Assembly: GCA_964406005.1 (NCBI GenBank)
Contig: CAYOPZ010000006.1
Coordinates: 7,408 to 71,407, forward strand
Direction: 5' to 3'
From: an uncultured Bacteroidaceae bacterium
Lineage (GTDB): Bacteria; Bacteroidota; Bacteroidia; Bacteroidales; SM23-62
DNA length: 64,000 nucleotides
Shown here: positions 46,183-57,086 of the stretch, one piece after another
Numbering within the stretch: position 1 is the first letter of the stretch
Layout: each line of letters begins with the position of its first letter
Made by a program: the position numbers and the translations under genes
Notes under the pieces: model-generated
The model's input: the letters and a program-made list of their open reading frames with translations, nothing else
Told to the model about the DNA's origin: nothing
The model's database searches: none

Positions 46183-47582
46183 AACCGGAAATCATGTGCC
46201 ACAATAAATTGGCTATGAAAAGAACTGTTATTTTGGTGCTTTTGCCACTGGCCGGCGTTATGCTCGCGTATGCCCAGGAAGAACCTTTGCATCTGTCGGG
46301 AAATCTTATGAGCGATCAACGGTTCCTTCTGCAGGAGAAGAATCCCTGGGCATGGAACGAGAACCGGCTTACGTTCAGTTTGGGGAAAGGCATTACCGGT
46401 AATTCCAGGTTTTACAGCGAAGTGTGGCTCCGTAACCTGGGTTTGCCTGAAATTGCCTCGTCAAGCGACCTGTATAACAAAGGTATCATCGATCCTTATA
46501 ATCTTGAGATCAGGGAGGCATATGTTCAGCTGAACGGTTTCCTAACAAAGAACCTGGACGTAACCATCGGGCGCCAGCGCATTGCATGGGGAACTGCCGA
46601 TGTCATCAATCCGACCGATAACCTGAATCCATATGACATGGAAGACATTCTGGATTTTGGCCGTCATAGAGGATCCGATGCCATAAACCTGCAGTATTAC
46701 CTAAGCGACCATTTTTTGCTCCAAGGTGTTTTCGTTCCTTTTTTTCAACCGGCTAATTTACCGGTTGGCATTTTTGCCGGGGCATTGAATGCTTCCGTGG
46801 AAATGCCGCCCGGTTTGGTGCTGCAGGCATACAACGATACCATGATCATGCCGAAATACAGCCTTGGCGAAAGTTCAACGGCAGGATTCAGATTCAAAGG
46901 ATTTGCGGGCGGGGTTGATTTTTCGTTGAGTTATGTCTGGGGCAGGGATGGTCTGCCGTACAATACCGGAAATACGATTATCCCGGCAGATCTCCCGTGG
47001 GGAGTAAATGTGGATGCTCAATTATCCTATGAAAGAAATCACATCATGGGTGCGGATTTGGCCACAAGCATCGCGGGAATTGGTTTCTGGGCAGAGGCTG
47101 CCGTTTTTATCCCGGAAAAGGATGTTATCATGTCCAACGATCTCTCGGCCCTGTTTCCTCTGTCACCGGATCCCGTTATCATAGATTCAACCATCCTGGA
47201 AGCAAAGCCTTATTTAAAATTTGTTGTCGGCGGCGACTATTTTTTTTCAGAAGGATCCTACCTTAATTTCCAGTACATTCACGGCTTCATTCACGAAAGG
47301 GGGAACGATGCATTGAACGATTATTTCTTTCTGAGGTACGATAAGGGCTTTTTCAATGACGAACTGAAAATATCTCCACTGAGCGGAGCATTCATCGTTA
47401 CAGACTGGAATAAAATCCGGGAAAATTATGCATTTGCTTATATGCCGGAAATAATCTACAGGGCAACGGTCAACGCCGAAATATCATTATCCGCGGTATT
47501 TTTTGAGGGCAAGGGCGATAACCTGTTTGCCAACATGAAGGACTATGATATGCTCATGTTAAAGCTTAAGTATATCTTTTAA
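46179..47582 (+). CDS. putative outer-membrane beta-barrel protein
   Basis: ATGA overlap with the upstream gene. A signal peptide begins at M13 (MKRTVILVLLPLAGVMLAYAQ), so the real start may be 46215. Beta-rich sequence ending in the aromatic terminus KYIF. Confidence 0.6.
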   Translation: MKPEIMCHNKLAMKRTVILVLLPLAGVMLAYAQEEPLHLSGNLMSDQRFLLQEKNPWAWNENRLTFSLGKGITGNSRFYSEVWLRNLGLPEIASSSDLYNKGIIDPYNLEIREAYVQLNGFLTKNLDVTIGRQRIAWGTADVINPTDNLNPYDMEDILDFGRHRGSDAINLQYYLSDHFLLQGVFVPFFQPANLPVGIFAGALNASVEMPPGLVLQAYNDTMIMPKYSLGESSTAGFRFKGFAGGVDFSLSYVWGRDGLPYNTGNTIIPADLPWGVNVDAQLSYERNHIMGADLATSIAGIGFWAEAAVFIPEKDVIMSNDLSALFPLSPDPVIIDSTILEAKPYLKFVVGGDYFFSEGSYLNFQYIHGFIHERGNDALNDYFFLRYDKGFFNDELKISPLSGAFIVTDWNKIRENYAFAYMPEIIYRATVNAEISLSAVFFEGKGDNLFANMKDYDMLMLKLKYIF

Positions 47583-47616
47583 CCAAACCCGGTATTCCCC
47601 CGGTACGATTCGTGTC

Positions 47617-48675
47617 CTACTTTTTGATGATCTTTCCTTTTAGAACATCGTTCCCGGTGATGATCTCAAAGATATACTGCGCCTCCGGCATACCGGAGAA
47701 ATCCAGTTGAATGGTATTGTAACCCGCGCCCAAATAATCCGATTTTGTGGATTCCATCAGCTTTCCTGCAAGATCGTATACATTCAAAGAAACGTTTCCT
47801 GCTGCCGGTAAATTCAATGAGACATTCACGATTCCGGTTGTCGGGTTTGGTCCCACAATCAGGTTGTAATGCTGCGGTGCATTTACACCTTCAGCTACAT
47901 AATCATCCGTTACCCATCTCAGGCATTTTACAATTAATTCATGAAATTCTCCGGTAAATGTATGACCCTGACCGGAGCTTTGAATCACCCCGATGATTAC
48001 CATATTTGGCAATGCATCCGTGCTGTTCAACATGGATCCGTCCGGAATGGCCCACAAGGAAGACAATGTTCCCATATCAAAAAGAAATGCTCCCAGGGGT
48101 CTGGCATCCGGGATGTACGCGCTGAGATCACAAGCGGTTACACCCAGTTTCGTCGGATCTGTCGTCTCCGCCCATACCAGGTTATAATCCGGTTCATAGT
48201 CCTGGGTGATCCAGTGCTCATTATCCGTGATGACCAGGGTCAGTGCATCTGCCGTCAGGTCTGCACTGCTTGCCTGTTTAAAGTAGGTATCCGTATTTTC
48301 CGGAATAAATCCCAGTTTATCGCTCCTGACAGCATAACCTTCGGTTAGAACACACGGAATGGGAAACCCGGCTGCCTTGTAGTTGTTGGCGCTGGAAGAA
48401 CCGATGGATTCAGAAACGAAAAGTGCATCGTATCCCGTGTATCCGTCCGCAGTTTCATATGTGGCTCCTTTAAAATCATCTTCCGAGACAAAGGTCACAG
48501 TATATCCCTCCAGGCCAAGGTATTCCTGTAAAGCAATATCGAGCGGGTTATCAGCCTGGCCCAGATACAGTATATCATACTGGGCGAAAGCAGCGCAGCT
48601 CGTTAACAGGATGAAAAGAAAAGCAGAAGTTTTGTAAAAAATTGTCTTCATAGTCATTCGGATTATAATTTTCAT
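47617..48675 (-). CDS. secreted protein with T9SS C-terminal sorting domain
   Basis: N-terminal signal peptide. The C-terminal 80 aa or so (VGPNPTTGIVNVSL...VYDLAGKLMES...YIFEIITGNDVLKGKIIKK) match the Por/T9SS type A sorting-domain pattern. The start may be an internal ATG (MKTIFYK...). Confidence 0.75.
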   Translation of the reverse strand: MKIIIRMTMKTIFYKTSAFLFILLTSCAAFAQYDILYLGQADNPLDIALQEYLGLEGYTVTFVSEDDFKGATYETADGYTGYDALFVSESIGSSSANNYKAAGFPIPCVLTEGYAVRSDKLGFIPENTDTYFKQASSADLTADALTLVITDNEHWITQDYEPDYNLVWAETTDPTKLGVTACDLSAYIPDARPLGAFLFDMGTLSSLWAIPDGSMLNSTDALPNMVIIGVIQSSGQGHTFTGEFHELIVKCLRWVTDDYVAEGVNAPQHYNLIVGPNPTTGIVNVSLNLPAAGNVSLNVYDLAGKLMESTKSDYLGAGYNTIQLDFSGMPEAQYIFEIITGNDVLKGKIIKK

Positions 48676-48786
48676 ATTGTGGCGAAATTACAGGCCTCAA
48701 GTTATGTTTTTTTTACGACATGGTATGATCTCCCAGAATATGCCCATCAGGACAATGTTATGGCTGGTATGAAACAGGACCCCGGA

Positions 48787-49575
48787 TTATTTATGATCCG
48801 CAAACCTCCACCAGGCCATGGTCCCGAAAAGACCGGCCAGAACGGTAAGGATATAGATCAAAAAGCTGATCAGACCGGGCGGGGGGATGGCTTCCCCGGC
48901 CACCCCGCTGTACAATGCGGGGAAGGCCCAGGGGAAGACAAAGGACCATTCGGGCAGTCCCACGAAAAGCAACTGGCCCAGGATCATGACCAGGATCACA
49001 AAACCGATGGGCAGGATGTATCCCCTCCCGGCGCTTGCCACGAAGGCAACCGGTGTGATGAGCAGGCTGTTGAGCAGGGAACACACCAGGTACGTTTTTA
49101 AAAACGGGAACAGTTCGGCTTCCGGCCGGCCGGGCAGCCTTATGGCCAGGCCCGTCAGGATGGCGGCAACCAAAACGACGATCAAAAGCAGGATGCTCCA
49201 GGCAAACAGGACGATCAGCTTTGATATCACGATGGTGGACCGGGGGACCGGCAGGGCAAGCAGATCCTTAGCTGTCCGGTCGGAGAATTCCCGGCCGAAA
49301 GCCCAGCTGGTCAGGATGCCGGACCCGATCACCCCCAGGGTAAGGACGATCTGGATCATCAGGGAGTAAAACGTGTTCCAGTTGGCCTCTCCCAAGAAGT
49401 CGGTCTTCATGCTTGCCGTGGAGGAACGGCTCGCGATCTCCGGGTGCATGGAAAGGAACATCAGCATACCCATTACGACCCCCATGAAGATGAAAAAATA
49501 TACAGATATGGGGAATATCCGGGTCCGCCTGACTTTCAGGATTTCCATCCATAAGGCCGCATGCAGTTTTTTCAT
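48787..49575 (-). CDS. ABC-2 type transporter permease
   Basis: 262 aa with six hydrophobic segments. A 4-nt overlap with the upstream ATPase gene. Confidence 0.75.
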   Translation of the reverse strand: MKKLHAALWMEILKVRRTRIFPISVYFFIFMGVVMGMLMFLSMHPEIASRSSTASMKTDFLGEANWNTFYSLMIQIVLTLGVIGSGILTSWAFGREFSDRTAKDLLALPVPRSTIVISKLIVLFAWSILLLIVVLVAAILTGLAIRLPGRPEAELFPFLKTYLVCSLLNSLLITPVAFVASAGRGYILPIGFVILVMILGQLLFVGLPEWSFVFPWAFPALYSGVAGEAIPPPGLISFLIYILTVLAGLFGTMAWWRFADHK

Positions 49576-50501
49576 GATGGTTTGCCGTTGGTTTGGATGA
49601 TCCGGAAAAAATAATGCTCAAGGTCCTCTTCTTCCACAGCGATCCGGGTGGGGGGGAGTCCCCCTTCAAAAAGCATGGCAGAAACCTTTTCGGGATGGAG
49701 GATGGCCTCCTTTTCCTGCAGTTCCAGGGAACCGTCCGTCGCATCGGCCGGGAAAAAACCCTTATGCCTGAGCAGTTCCCGGGCCCGAGGGTTATGCAGG
49801 GTAGTCACACGGAGGGCCCTGTGCCTGGCGTTGCGGAGCTGTTCCGCATCGGATTCACGGATCAGACGCCCTTCGTGGATGATCCCGATTCGGGTAGCCA
49901 GCCTGGAGATCTCGCCCAGGATATGGCTGGAGATAAAGATGGTTACGCCGTGGTTCCGGGCCAGCTCGGTCAGCATTTCCCGAACCTGGACGATTCCGGC
50001 GGGGTCAAGGCCGTTGGCGGGTTCATCCAGGATAAGCAGGTCGGGTTTATGGATCATGGCCCTGGCAATTCCCAGTCGTTGGGCATTTCCGAGGGAGAGA
50101 TTTTTAGCCCGGATATCCCTGTACGGTCCCAGGTGAAGCATATCCATCACATCTTCCAGCATTCCGGGATCCTTCAGGAAGCGAAGCCTGCGGAATATTT
50201 CCAGGTTTTCCATCACGGTTAGCTCCGGGTAGGCATAGGGGATTTCAACCAGGTGGCCCACCTTGTTCCAGAGTCCCGTATTTGTGGGATCTGCTTTTTG
50301 TCCGAACAGCCAGGCCTTTCCACGGGTGGGACGGATCATACCCAGGAGCATGCGGATGGTGGTGGTCTTTCCCGCACCGTTCAGTCCCAGGAACCCGTAG
50401 ATTTCCCCCTGCTTGACTTCAAGCGCCATGGATTCCACGGCATGCACGTCCCTGTAATGTTTGGTCAGGTCTTCGGTCCGGATTACATTGCTCATCATCA
50501 A
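49572..50501 (-). CDS. ABC transporter ATP-binding protein
   Basis: Walker A GLNGAGKTT, signature LSLGNAQRL, Walker B LLILDEP. Confidence 0.92.
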   Translation of the reverse strand: MMMSNVIRTEDLTKHYRDVHAVESMALEVKQGEIYGFLGLNGAGKTTTIRMLLGMIRPTRGKAWLFGQKADPTNTGLWNKVGHLVEIPYAYPELTVMENLEIFRRLRFLKDPGMLEDVMDMLHLGPYRDIRAKNLSLGNAQRLGIARAMIHKPDLLILDEPANGLDPAGIVQVREMLTELARNHGVTIFISSHILGEISRLATRIGIIHEGRLIRESDAEQLRNARHRALRVTTLHNPRARELLRHKGFFPADATDGSLELQEKEAILHPEKVSAMLFEGGLPPTRIAVEEEDLEHYFFRIIQTNGKPS

Positions 50502-50507
50502 AGTATA

Positions 50508-51113
50508 TCAGCTTTTAATCGTTGCATAAAAATTATCCCAAAGACAGGCAAGCTTTCTGTCAAGATCGGCCGTATTGCTTTCCATGGTCAGGTTCATGGT
50601 CAGGCCGTCGCTGGTAAACATGAAGATCTGGGCGATCTGTTCGTCGGTCAGGGGAGACCGGATCTCCCCGGAAGCCCTGGCGTTTCTTATGGTCCTGATC
50701 CAGGCGTCCCTTTCTTTGCGGTGATATGCTTCCATCTTTGACCGGAATTGCGGGAACAGCTTGAAGGCATCGAAAAGCAAGGCAAAAAAATTCATGTTGA
50801 TGAAATCTTCACCTTTGCCGTTTTCATTGACCAGAAACTGAAACCTGAGCGCATTCAGCTCATCCGCATAGCTGTGGTAAAAACGATGAAGGGAATCCGA
50901 AGGCAGCTTGTTGAAATCGTATTCCAGGATGGCCGCAAAAAAATAATCGATGATCTCGTAGAACAGTCTTTCCTTGCTTTCAAAATAATGGTAGAAGGCC
51001 CCCTTTGATAAACCTGTTGTTTTGACGATCTCCTTCATGGTGACCTCCTTGAAATTTTTCTGAAGGAAAAGCCGCAGGGAAACCGTTAGAATATGTGCTT
51101 TTGTGTCCCACAT
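50508..51113 (-). CDS. TetR/AcrR-family transcriptional regulator
   Basis: HTH FKEVTMKEIVKTTGLSKGAFYHYFESKERLF. The ATG at 51111-51113 (MWDTKAHIL...) is preferred over the TTG at 51248. Confidence 0.85.
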   Translation of the reverse strand: MWDTKAHILTVSLRLFLQKNFKEVTMKEIVKTTGLSKGAFYHYFESKERLFYEIIDYFFAAILEYDFNKLPSDSLHRFYHSYADELNALRFQFLVNENGKGEDFINMNFFALLFDAFKLFPQFRSKMEAYHRKERDAWIRTIRNARASGEIRSPLTDEQIAQIFMFTSDGLTMNLTMESNTADLDRKLACLWDNFYATIKS

Positions 51114-51234
51114 AAACCGACCGTTCGGTTTGTAAATATAATATTTTATAAACTTTATATAGGTATGAATTCTACATTCTGATATTTTTATAGCAGCATT
51201 AAACCTGTTTAATCGTCTGAAATACCAAATCCAC

Positions 51235-53154
51235 ATGAATTGCTCCAATGGTTTATACCGAAATCAGGTCCGGGGATGGAACACCCCTTTCCCGGCCATC
51301 CCGGTAAAAAAACACGCGACAACGGCTTTCATAGCCCTGGCCCTTTGCATGAGCCTTTATTCCGTCCGGGCACTGACCCAGCCTTCCGGAGGCCCTTACG
51401 GACCGATCCTTCAAACCTGGGAGCTGCCACAGGTGGAGGGAAGGATCTATTATGTGGCCCCGGACGGGGATGCTTCGCAGAAAGGGGAGAAACCGGACCG
51501 GCCAACCACCCTTGAATCTGCCATTGAAAAGGTGGTCACCGGTGATGCGATTATCATGCGGGGGGGCACTTACCGCACGGGCAACCTTGTATTGAACCAG
51601 GGCATTATCATACAGCCCTACCGGGATGAACAACCGGTGTTGAAAGGCACTATGGTCGCCACACAGTGGGAGGACCTCCGGAACGGGCTGTGGAGGACGT
51701 CCTGGGATCGGTTATTCCCTTCTGCCCCCCTGAGCTGGTGGAGGAAAGAAAGACATGGGAAACTGACCCCGCTGCACCGGTTCAACAACGATATGGTATT
51801 CGTGGATGGCCGGTTTTTACAGTCTGCAGGCTGGGAAGGCGAAGTAGATGAAGATACCTATTTTATCGACTACGATGAGGGGAAGGTCTACATCGGCACC
51901 GATCCCACGGACCGGCTGGTTGAGATCACAGCCTTCGACGCCGCCCTTATACGCACCACCGGGGAATGCCACGGTAAAATATCCGATAAAAAGGGACCGG
52001 TGATACGGGGACTTATCATTACCCAGTATGCATACCGGGCCCTTGAGATAGAAGGTACCTTTCCGGAGGGCCTTTCGGATGAATCCGGGCACGGGAAAGA
52101 GGTGACCGGCACCCTGATCGAACACTGTGTCATTTCTTTCTGTTCACGCGTTGCGGGGTACCTGAAGGGAGACGGTTTGGTCATCCGGCACTGTAAAATT
52201 TCCGACACCAGCACGGAGGGCTTGTACATTATGAGCTCCAACGACGTATTGCTGGAAAGGAACATTTTTACGCGCAACAACATTGAAATGATCACGGGTT
52301 ACTACCCGGCCGCTGTAAAGATCTTTAACCAGTGTTACCGCCTTACCTGCAGGGATAACCTGGTCATGGACCTTCCCCATTCAAACGGGATATGGTACGA
52401 TGTGGGCAACGTGGACGGCAGGTTTTTGAACAATTGGGTCCAGAACGTTGGATTTGCCCGGGGACAGATCCGTTACGAAAATGTCTGGCCGAGCCGAAAC
52501 GGTTTCTTTTTTGAGATCTCCAAGGGAGCGGTTTGCGCGGGCAATGTTTTTATAAACTGCGACCAGGGGATCCTGGTGCTGAACAGCTCGGATGTGAAGA
52601 TATACCAGAATACCTTGGTGAACAGCGTGGTATCCATTGGGCGCAACGCACGAAGCGCCCAGGGGGATCACTTCGGGTGGCATCCCAGCACGGGACCGGA
52701 TGTCGATGAGCGCGACGGGCATGTTTTCGTCAACAACTTGCTCACGGCCGACGGGGACTTCCAGCGTCCGCTCTTCCGGGTATGGCAACCTCCTTCCCTT
52801 TGTGAAGTCCTCAAGGACCCTCTTCTTTCGCAAATGGATTATAACGTGTATGTGCGTTCAGGATCTGCCGCAACCCCCCTGATTGTCTGGAGTCCCTCGG
52901 CAAACCAGTTCTGCCGGGAAAATCTGGAGGATCCCGGCGAACTGCATGGGCTCTACCCTGATTTCTCGGCCAGCAGCAGATACTATCAAGGCTATCAGGG
53001 CCCATTGTTCAAGAGTTCAGAACTGGGCAACTACCAGCTGTTGAAGGCATTCCCGGCATCGGGAACCGCGACGAAGCTTCCGGAAGAGATAAGCAGGATG
53101 CTGGAATACAAAGAGGATATGAGTCCGCATGTGGGGGCTTACCCCCCGGAATAA
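51235..53154 (+). CDS. right-handed parallel beta-helix repeat protein (exported)
   Basis: Repeated beta-helix coils, for example IRHCKISDTSTEGLYIMSSNDVLLERNIFTRNN, GIWYDVGNVDGRFLNNWVQN and VCAGNVFINCDQGILVLNSSDVKIYQNTLVNS. There is a hydrophobic signal-like segment, TTAFIALALCMSLYSVRA. The exact start is uncertain. Confidence 0.7.
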   Translation: MNCSNGLYRNQVRGWNTPFPAIPVKKHATTAFIALALCMSLYSVRALTQPSGGPYGPILQTWELPQVEGRIYYVAPDGDASQKGEKPDRPTTLESAIEKVVTGDAIIMRGGTYRTGNLVLNQGIIIQPYRDEQPVLKGTMVATQWEDLRNGLWRTSWDRLFPSAPLSWWRKERHGKLTPLHRFNNDMVFVDGRFLQSAGWEGEVDEDTYFIDYDEGKVYIGTDPTDRLVEITAFDAALIRTTGECHGKISDKKGPVIRGLIITQYAYRALEIEGTFPEGLSDESGHGKEVTGTLIEHCVISFCSRVAGYLKGDGLVIRHCKISDTSTEGLYIMSSNDVLLERNIFTRNNIEMITGYYPAAVKIFNQCYRLTCRDNLVMDLPHSNGIWYDVGNVDGRFLNNWVQNVGFARGQIRYENVWPSRNGFFFEISKGAVCAGNVFINCDQGILVLNSSDVKIYQNTLVNSVVSIGRNARSAQGDHFGWHPSTGPDVDERDGHVFVNNLLTADGDFQRPLFRVWQPPSLCEVLKDPLLSQMDYNVYVRSGSAATPLIVWSPSANQFCRENLEDPGELHGLYPDFSASSRYYQGYQGPLFKSSELGNYQLLKAFPASGTATKLPEEISRMLEYKEDMSPHVGAYPPE

Positions 53155-53221
53155 GCGCTCGTTCACGGATTTTGCCTGTTTACACGAAAATCGTAATTTG
53201 TACGGACCAAATCATAACGAC

Positions 53222-54433
53222 ATGGAGAATCGACGCAAATTCCTGAAAAAAAGCCTGGTTGCTCTGACCGGGGCCGGACTTACCGGCAGGGCGTTCGGGC
53301 GCCGAAACGATCAAACGGGGGATGCCGGCGAAGGCAGCTTCGTGTACCGGACCCTTGGAAAAACCGGGATCCGGATCCCCATCGTAAGCATGGGGACCGG
53401 GAACTGCAACAACCCGAACATCGTCCGGGAAGCGCTCGACAGGGGAGTGAAACTGTTCGCCACCTCGGCATACTACCAGAACGGGAACAATGAAAAAATG
53501 CTGGGTGAGATATTAAGGGAAAGGCCGAGAGACTCATTCATGATCATGACCGGTACTGTCGAAGGACTTGAGATCGATCACCGGAACGGCCTGTTCAAAC
53601 CGGGAACGAATCCTGAGGTATACCTGGAGCATGCAAATGAATGCCTGAAACGCCTCCAGGTAGATCACCTGGATATTCTCTCGATGGGTTTCGGGGCCAA
53701 AAGGGAGATGGTCCTGTATGAACCCGTCCTGAAAGCCCTTGAGACATTCAAAAAACAAGGGAAGACCCGGTACCTGGGACTGGCCACGCACAGTTTTGAA
53801 CCGGAAGCCGTGAGAGCTGCAGCCGATTCCGGAGTCTATGATATCGTTACGGTGGCATACAATTTCCGCAGGCAGAACCGCGAGGAAATCAGGGAGGCCC
53901 TGCAGTATGCCGCCGATGCCGGAATGGGCATCATCGCCATGAAAACCATGGCGGGAGCATACTGGGACAAGGAGAAAACCCGTCCCATCAACACCACGGC
54001 GGCCCTGAAATGGGTACTGCAGGATGAAAACCTGCATACATCCATCCCCGATTGCTCCAGTTACGACCATCTGGTGCAGAACCTGGCAGTTATGCAGAAC
54101 CTCGAGCTGAATGAAGAGGAAATGCAGGACCTTGAGCTTTCACCGGATGACCTCAGTACGGGCATTTACTGCCAGCATTGCGGCCAGTGCCTTTCGCAAT
54201 GCCCGCAAGAGCTGGATATTCCCACTGCGATGAGAAGCTACATGTACGCCTACGGTTACCGGAACCTTGAACAAGCCCGGCAAACCCTGAGCCTTGCCGG
54301 ACTGCCTGAAAAACCCTGCGGGAACTGTTCACTTTGCAGGGTACGGTGCACCATGGGGTTCGATGTCAAAAGGAAGATCCTGGACATCGCAAGGATCCGT
54401 GACGTTCCCGAAGATATTCTGCGTCTCGCCTGA
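53222..54433 (+). CDS. aldo/keto reductase with Tat signal and C-terminal Cys-rich (4Fe-4S-like) region
   Basis: The ATG at 53222 gives MENRRKFLKKSLVALTGAGL, a twin-arginine-like signal. The body is an AKR fold (GVKLFATSAYY..., GIIAMKTMAG). The C-terminus has CQHCGQCLSQCP and CGNCSLCRVRC. Confidence 0.8.
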   Translation: MENRRKFLKKSLVALTGAGLTGRAFGRRNDQTGDAGEGSFVYRTLGKTGIRIPIVSMGTGNCNNPNIVREALDRGVKLFATSAYYQNGNNEKMLGEILRERPRDSFMIMTGTVEGLEIDHRNGLFKPGTNPEVYLEHANECLKRLQVDHLDILSMGFGAKREMVLYEPVLKALETFKKQGKTRYLGLATHSFEPEAVRAAADSGVYDIVTVAYNFRRQNREEIREALQYAADAGMGIIAMKTMAGAYWDKEKTRPINTTAALKWVLQDENLHTSIPDCSSYDHLVQNLAVMQNLELNEEEMQDLELSPDDLSTGIYCQHCGQCLSQCPQELDIPTAMRSYMYAYGYRNLEQARQTLSLAGLPEKPCGNCSLCRVRCTMGFDVKRKILDIARIRDVPEDILRLA

Positions 54434-54443
54434 TGCACTGTAC

Positions 54444-57086
54444 TTAAGCCTTCGCCGCTTCGGGTTTATTTTCTGAGTTGGCCTTTCCGGATGAAGGATG
54501 GAATTGTATGTCCTTCCCCCCGGCCGAGATGGTAACCTGCATGCCGGGCCGGATACGGTCCTCCAGCATGGCCATGGACAGCCCGTCCAGGATCTTTCTA
54601 TGCATCAGGCGTTTCAGGGGCCTGGCGCCGAACTGTAAATCGAATCCCTCCCGTTTCAGGTAATCGATGCATTCCGGGGTCACCTCGATCGAAATATCTT
54701 GCTTCGAGAGCACCCGGCGGAGCATCCCGAACTGCAGTTGAACGATCCCTTCCATATGTTCCATGGTAAGGGGCCTGAACATGACCAGCTCATCGATGCG
54801 GTTCAGGAATTCCGGCCTTACGCTCCGTTTGAGCAATTTAAAAACCTGATTCCCGGTCCGGTCCATCACCTCCTCCAATTTGGATCCATCTATTTTCTCG
54901 AAATTTTCACGTATGATGTCCGATCCCAGGTTTGAGGTCATGATGATGATGGTGTTCTTGAAATTGGCCACCCGACCCTTGTTGTCCGTCAGCCGCCCGT
55001 CTTCCAGGACCTGCAGCAGTATGTTGAAGGTATCCGGGTGGGCCTTCTCGATCTCGTCAAGCAGGATCACCGAATAGGGCTTCCGCCGCACCGCCTCGGT
55101 CAGTTGCCCACCTTCATCGTATCCCACATATCCCGGGGGCGCACCCACCAGGCGGGATACGGCATGGCGCTCCTGGTACTCGCTCATGTCGATGCGGGTC
55201 ATCAGGCTTTCGTCGTTGAACAGGTACTCGGCCAGGGCTTTTGCCAGTTCGGTTTTCCCGACGCCCGTGGTGCCCAGGAAGAGAAAGGACCCCACGGGTC
55301 TTCGCTCATCGGACAAGCCGGTCCGGCTCCTGCGTATCGCAGAAGAAACGGCATGTATGGCCTCGTCCTGTCCCACGACCCGCTTGTGAAGCTGCTCCTC
55401 AATGTGGAGCAGTTTTTGCCGGTCGCTCTGCAGCATCCGCGTGACGGGAATGCCGGTCCACTTCGAAACCACCTCCGCAATGTCCTCCGAGGTAATCTCC
55501 TCGCGCACCAGGCGGTTGCCGTTGGTTTCATACTCCTGAAGCCTGGCCACGTTTTCCTTCAAACTTTCCTCCGCAGCGGGAAGCTGCCCGTAACGGATCT
55601 CGGCGACCTTGCCCAGGTCGCTCTCCCTTTCCGCCTTTTCTGCCTGATACTTCAAATCCTCGATCTGTTGCTTTGATTTCTGGATTTCCGATACCACGGC
55701 CTTTTCATCCTCCCAGAGGGCCGTGAGCTGTTTTCTCTCGTCCTCCAGATCGGCCAGCTGCTTGTTGATCTGTTCCACCCTGGCCTTATCCTTTTCCCTT
55801 TTGAAAGCCTCCCGTTCGATTTCAAGCTGCTGGATCTTCCTGTCCAGGGCATCGATGCTACCGGGCTTCGAATTCATTTCCAGCCTCAGATGGGCCGCTG
55901 CCTCGTCGATCAGGTCTATGGCCTTGTCCGGCAGGAACCGGTCCGTGATGTAGCGCATGGAAAGCTGAACGGCGGAAATGATGGCCTCATCGCGAATGCG
56001 GATCTTATGATAGTTCTCGTACCGCTCCTTGATCCCCCTCAGGATGGATATGGCATCCTCCTCCCCGGGTTCATCGACGAAGACCTTCTGGAATCTCCGT
56101 TCCAGGGCCTTATCCTTTTCGAAATATTTCTGGAACTCGTTCAGGGTGGTTGCCCCGATCGCCCTCAGTTCGCCCCTCGAAAGGGCCGGTTTCAGTATGT
56201 TGGCCGCATCCATGGCCCCCTCGCCCCCGCCGCCGGCACCCACCAGGGTATGGATCTCATCGATGAACAGAATGATCTGTCCTTCGGAAGCGACCACTTC
56301 CCTGACTACCGATTTCAGGCGTTCCTCGAATTCACCCTTGTATTTGGCTCCCGCGATCAGGGCTCCCATGTCCAGGGAATAGATCTCCTTCGAAAGGAGG
56401 TCCTCCGGGACATCCCCTTTCACGATCCTGAAAGCAATTCCTTCTGCAATGGCGGTTTTCCCGACACCGGGCTCACCCACCAGGATGGGATTGTTCTTGG
56501 TACGCCGGGTAAGAATTTGCAATACGCGCCGGATCTCATCATCCCTGCCGATCACCGGGTCCAGTTTTCCTTCCCCGGCCAGCCTGTTCAGGTGAATGGC
56601 ATATTTGTCCAGGGCACGGTAGGTATCTTCAGCCCCCTGGCTCGTGGCACGGGATCCTTTCCTCAGTTCCCGGATAGCGGTTTTGACATCGCTTTCGTTC
56701 ATACCGGCATGCCTGAGCATCTGGCTTACATCGTCCTTCGAACGGATGATGCCCAGCAGGATGTGTTCGAGGGTCACGAATTCGTCCTTGAATTCCTTTG
56801 CGGCGGACTGAGCCCGGTTCAATGCATCCGCAGCCCCGGGGGAAAGATACTTTTCCCCACCGCTGACTTTCGGGTAGGCTGCCACAATCTTTTCAAGGGC
56901 AGCATCAATACTGTCCTGGTTTATGGAAAGCTTCTTGAAGATGAAAGGCAGGACGTTCTCGTCCACCTCCATAACCCCCGTCAAAAGGTGCCCGCACTCA
57001 ATGGCCTGGTGCTCCATTTCCAGTGCAAGCCGCTGGGCGTTCTGTACAGCTTCCTGTGCTTTTATGGTAAATTTTTCAAAGTTCAT
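54444..57086 (-). CDS. clpB: ATP-dependent chaperone ClpB
   Basis: 880 aa. Clp N domain. AAA-1 with [11 protein letters not shown] long coiled-coil middle domain. AAA-2 with [14 protein letters not shown] and [10 protein letters not shown]. Confidence 0.95.
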   Translation of the reverse strand: MNFEKFTIKAQEAVQNAQRLALEMEHQAIECGHLLTGVMEVDENVLPFIFKKLSINQDSIDAALEKIVAAYPKVSGGEKYLSPGAADALNRAQSAAKEFKDEFVTLEHILLGIIRSKDDVSQMLRHAGMNESDVKTAIRELRKGSRATSQGAEDTYRALDKYAIHLNRLAGEGKLDPVIGRDDEIRRVLQILTRRTKNNPILVGEPGVGKTAIAEGIAFRIVKGDVPEDLLSKEIYSLDMGALIAGAKYKGEFEERLKSVVREVVASEGQIILFIDEIHTLVGAGGGGEGAMDAANILKPALSRGELRAIGATTLNEFQKYFEKDKALERRFQKVFVDEPGEEDAISILRGIKERYENYHKIRIRDEAIISAVQLSMRYITDRFLPDKAIDLIDEAAAHLRLEMNSKPGSIDALDRKIQQLEIEREAFKREKDKARVEQINKQLADLEDERKQLTALWEDEKAVVSEIQKSKQQIEDLKYQAEKAERESDLGKVAEIRYGQLPAAEESLKENVARLQEYETNGNRLVREEITSEDIAEVVSKWTGIPVTRMLQSDRQKLLHIEEQLHKRVVGQDEAIHAVSSAIRRSRTGLSDERRPVGSFLFLGTTGVGKTELAKALAEYLFNDESLMTRIDMSEYQERHAVSRLVGAPPGYVGYDEGGQLTEAVRRKPYSVILLDEIEKAHPDTFNILLQVLEDGRLTDNKGRVANFKNTIIIMTSNLGSDIIRENFEKIDGSKLEEVMDRTGNQVFKLLKRSVRPEFLNRIDELVMFRPLTMEHMEGIVQLQFGMLRRVLSKQDISIEVTPECIDYLKREGFDLQFGARPLKRLMHRKILDGLSMAMLEDRIRPGMQVTISAGGKDIQFHPSSGKANSENKPEAAKA

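Noticed and set aside
47583-47620. Third copy of the att core that would close a tandem second island
   Set aside because: No similarity to the 46-bp core was visible by eye near the compositional transition.
49593-50741. Several + strand ORFs (209, 162 and 162 aa)
   Set aside because: They are antisense to the ABC ATPase and TetR genes. The Walker A, signature and Walker B motifs are all on the minus strand.
51253-54070. Minus-strand ORFs of 100-180 aa inside 51.2-54.1 kb
   Set aside because: They are antisense to the beta-helix and aldo/keto reductase genes. They are shadow frames with arginine/proline-rich composition.
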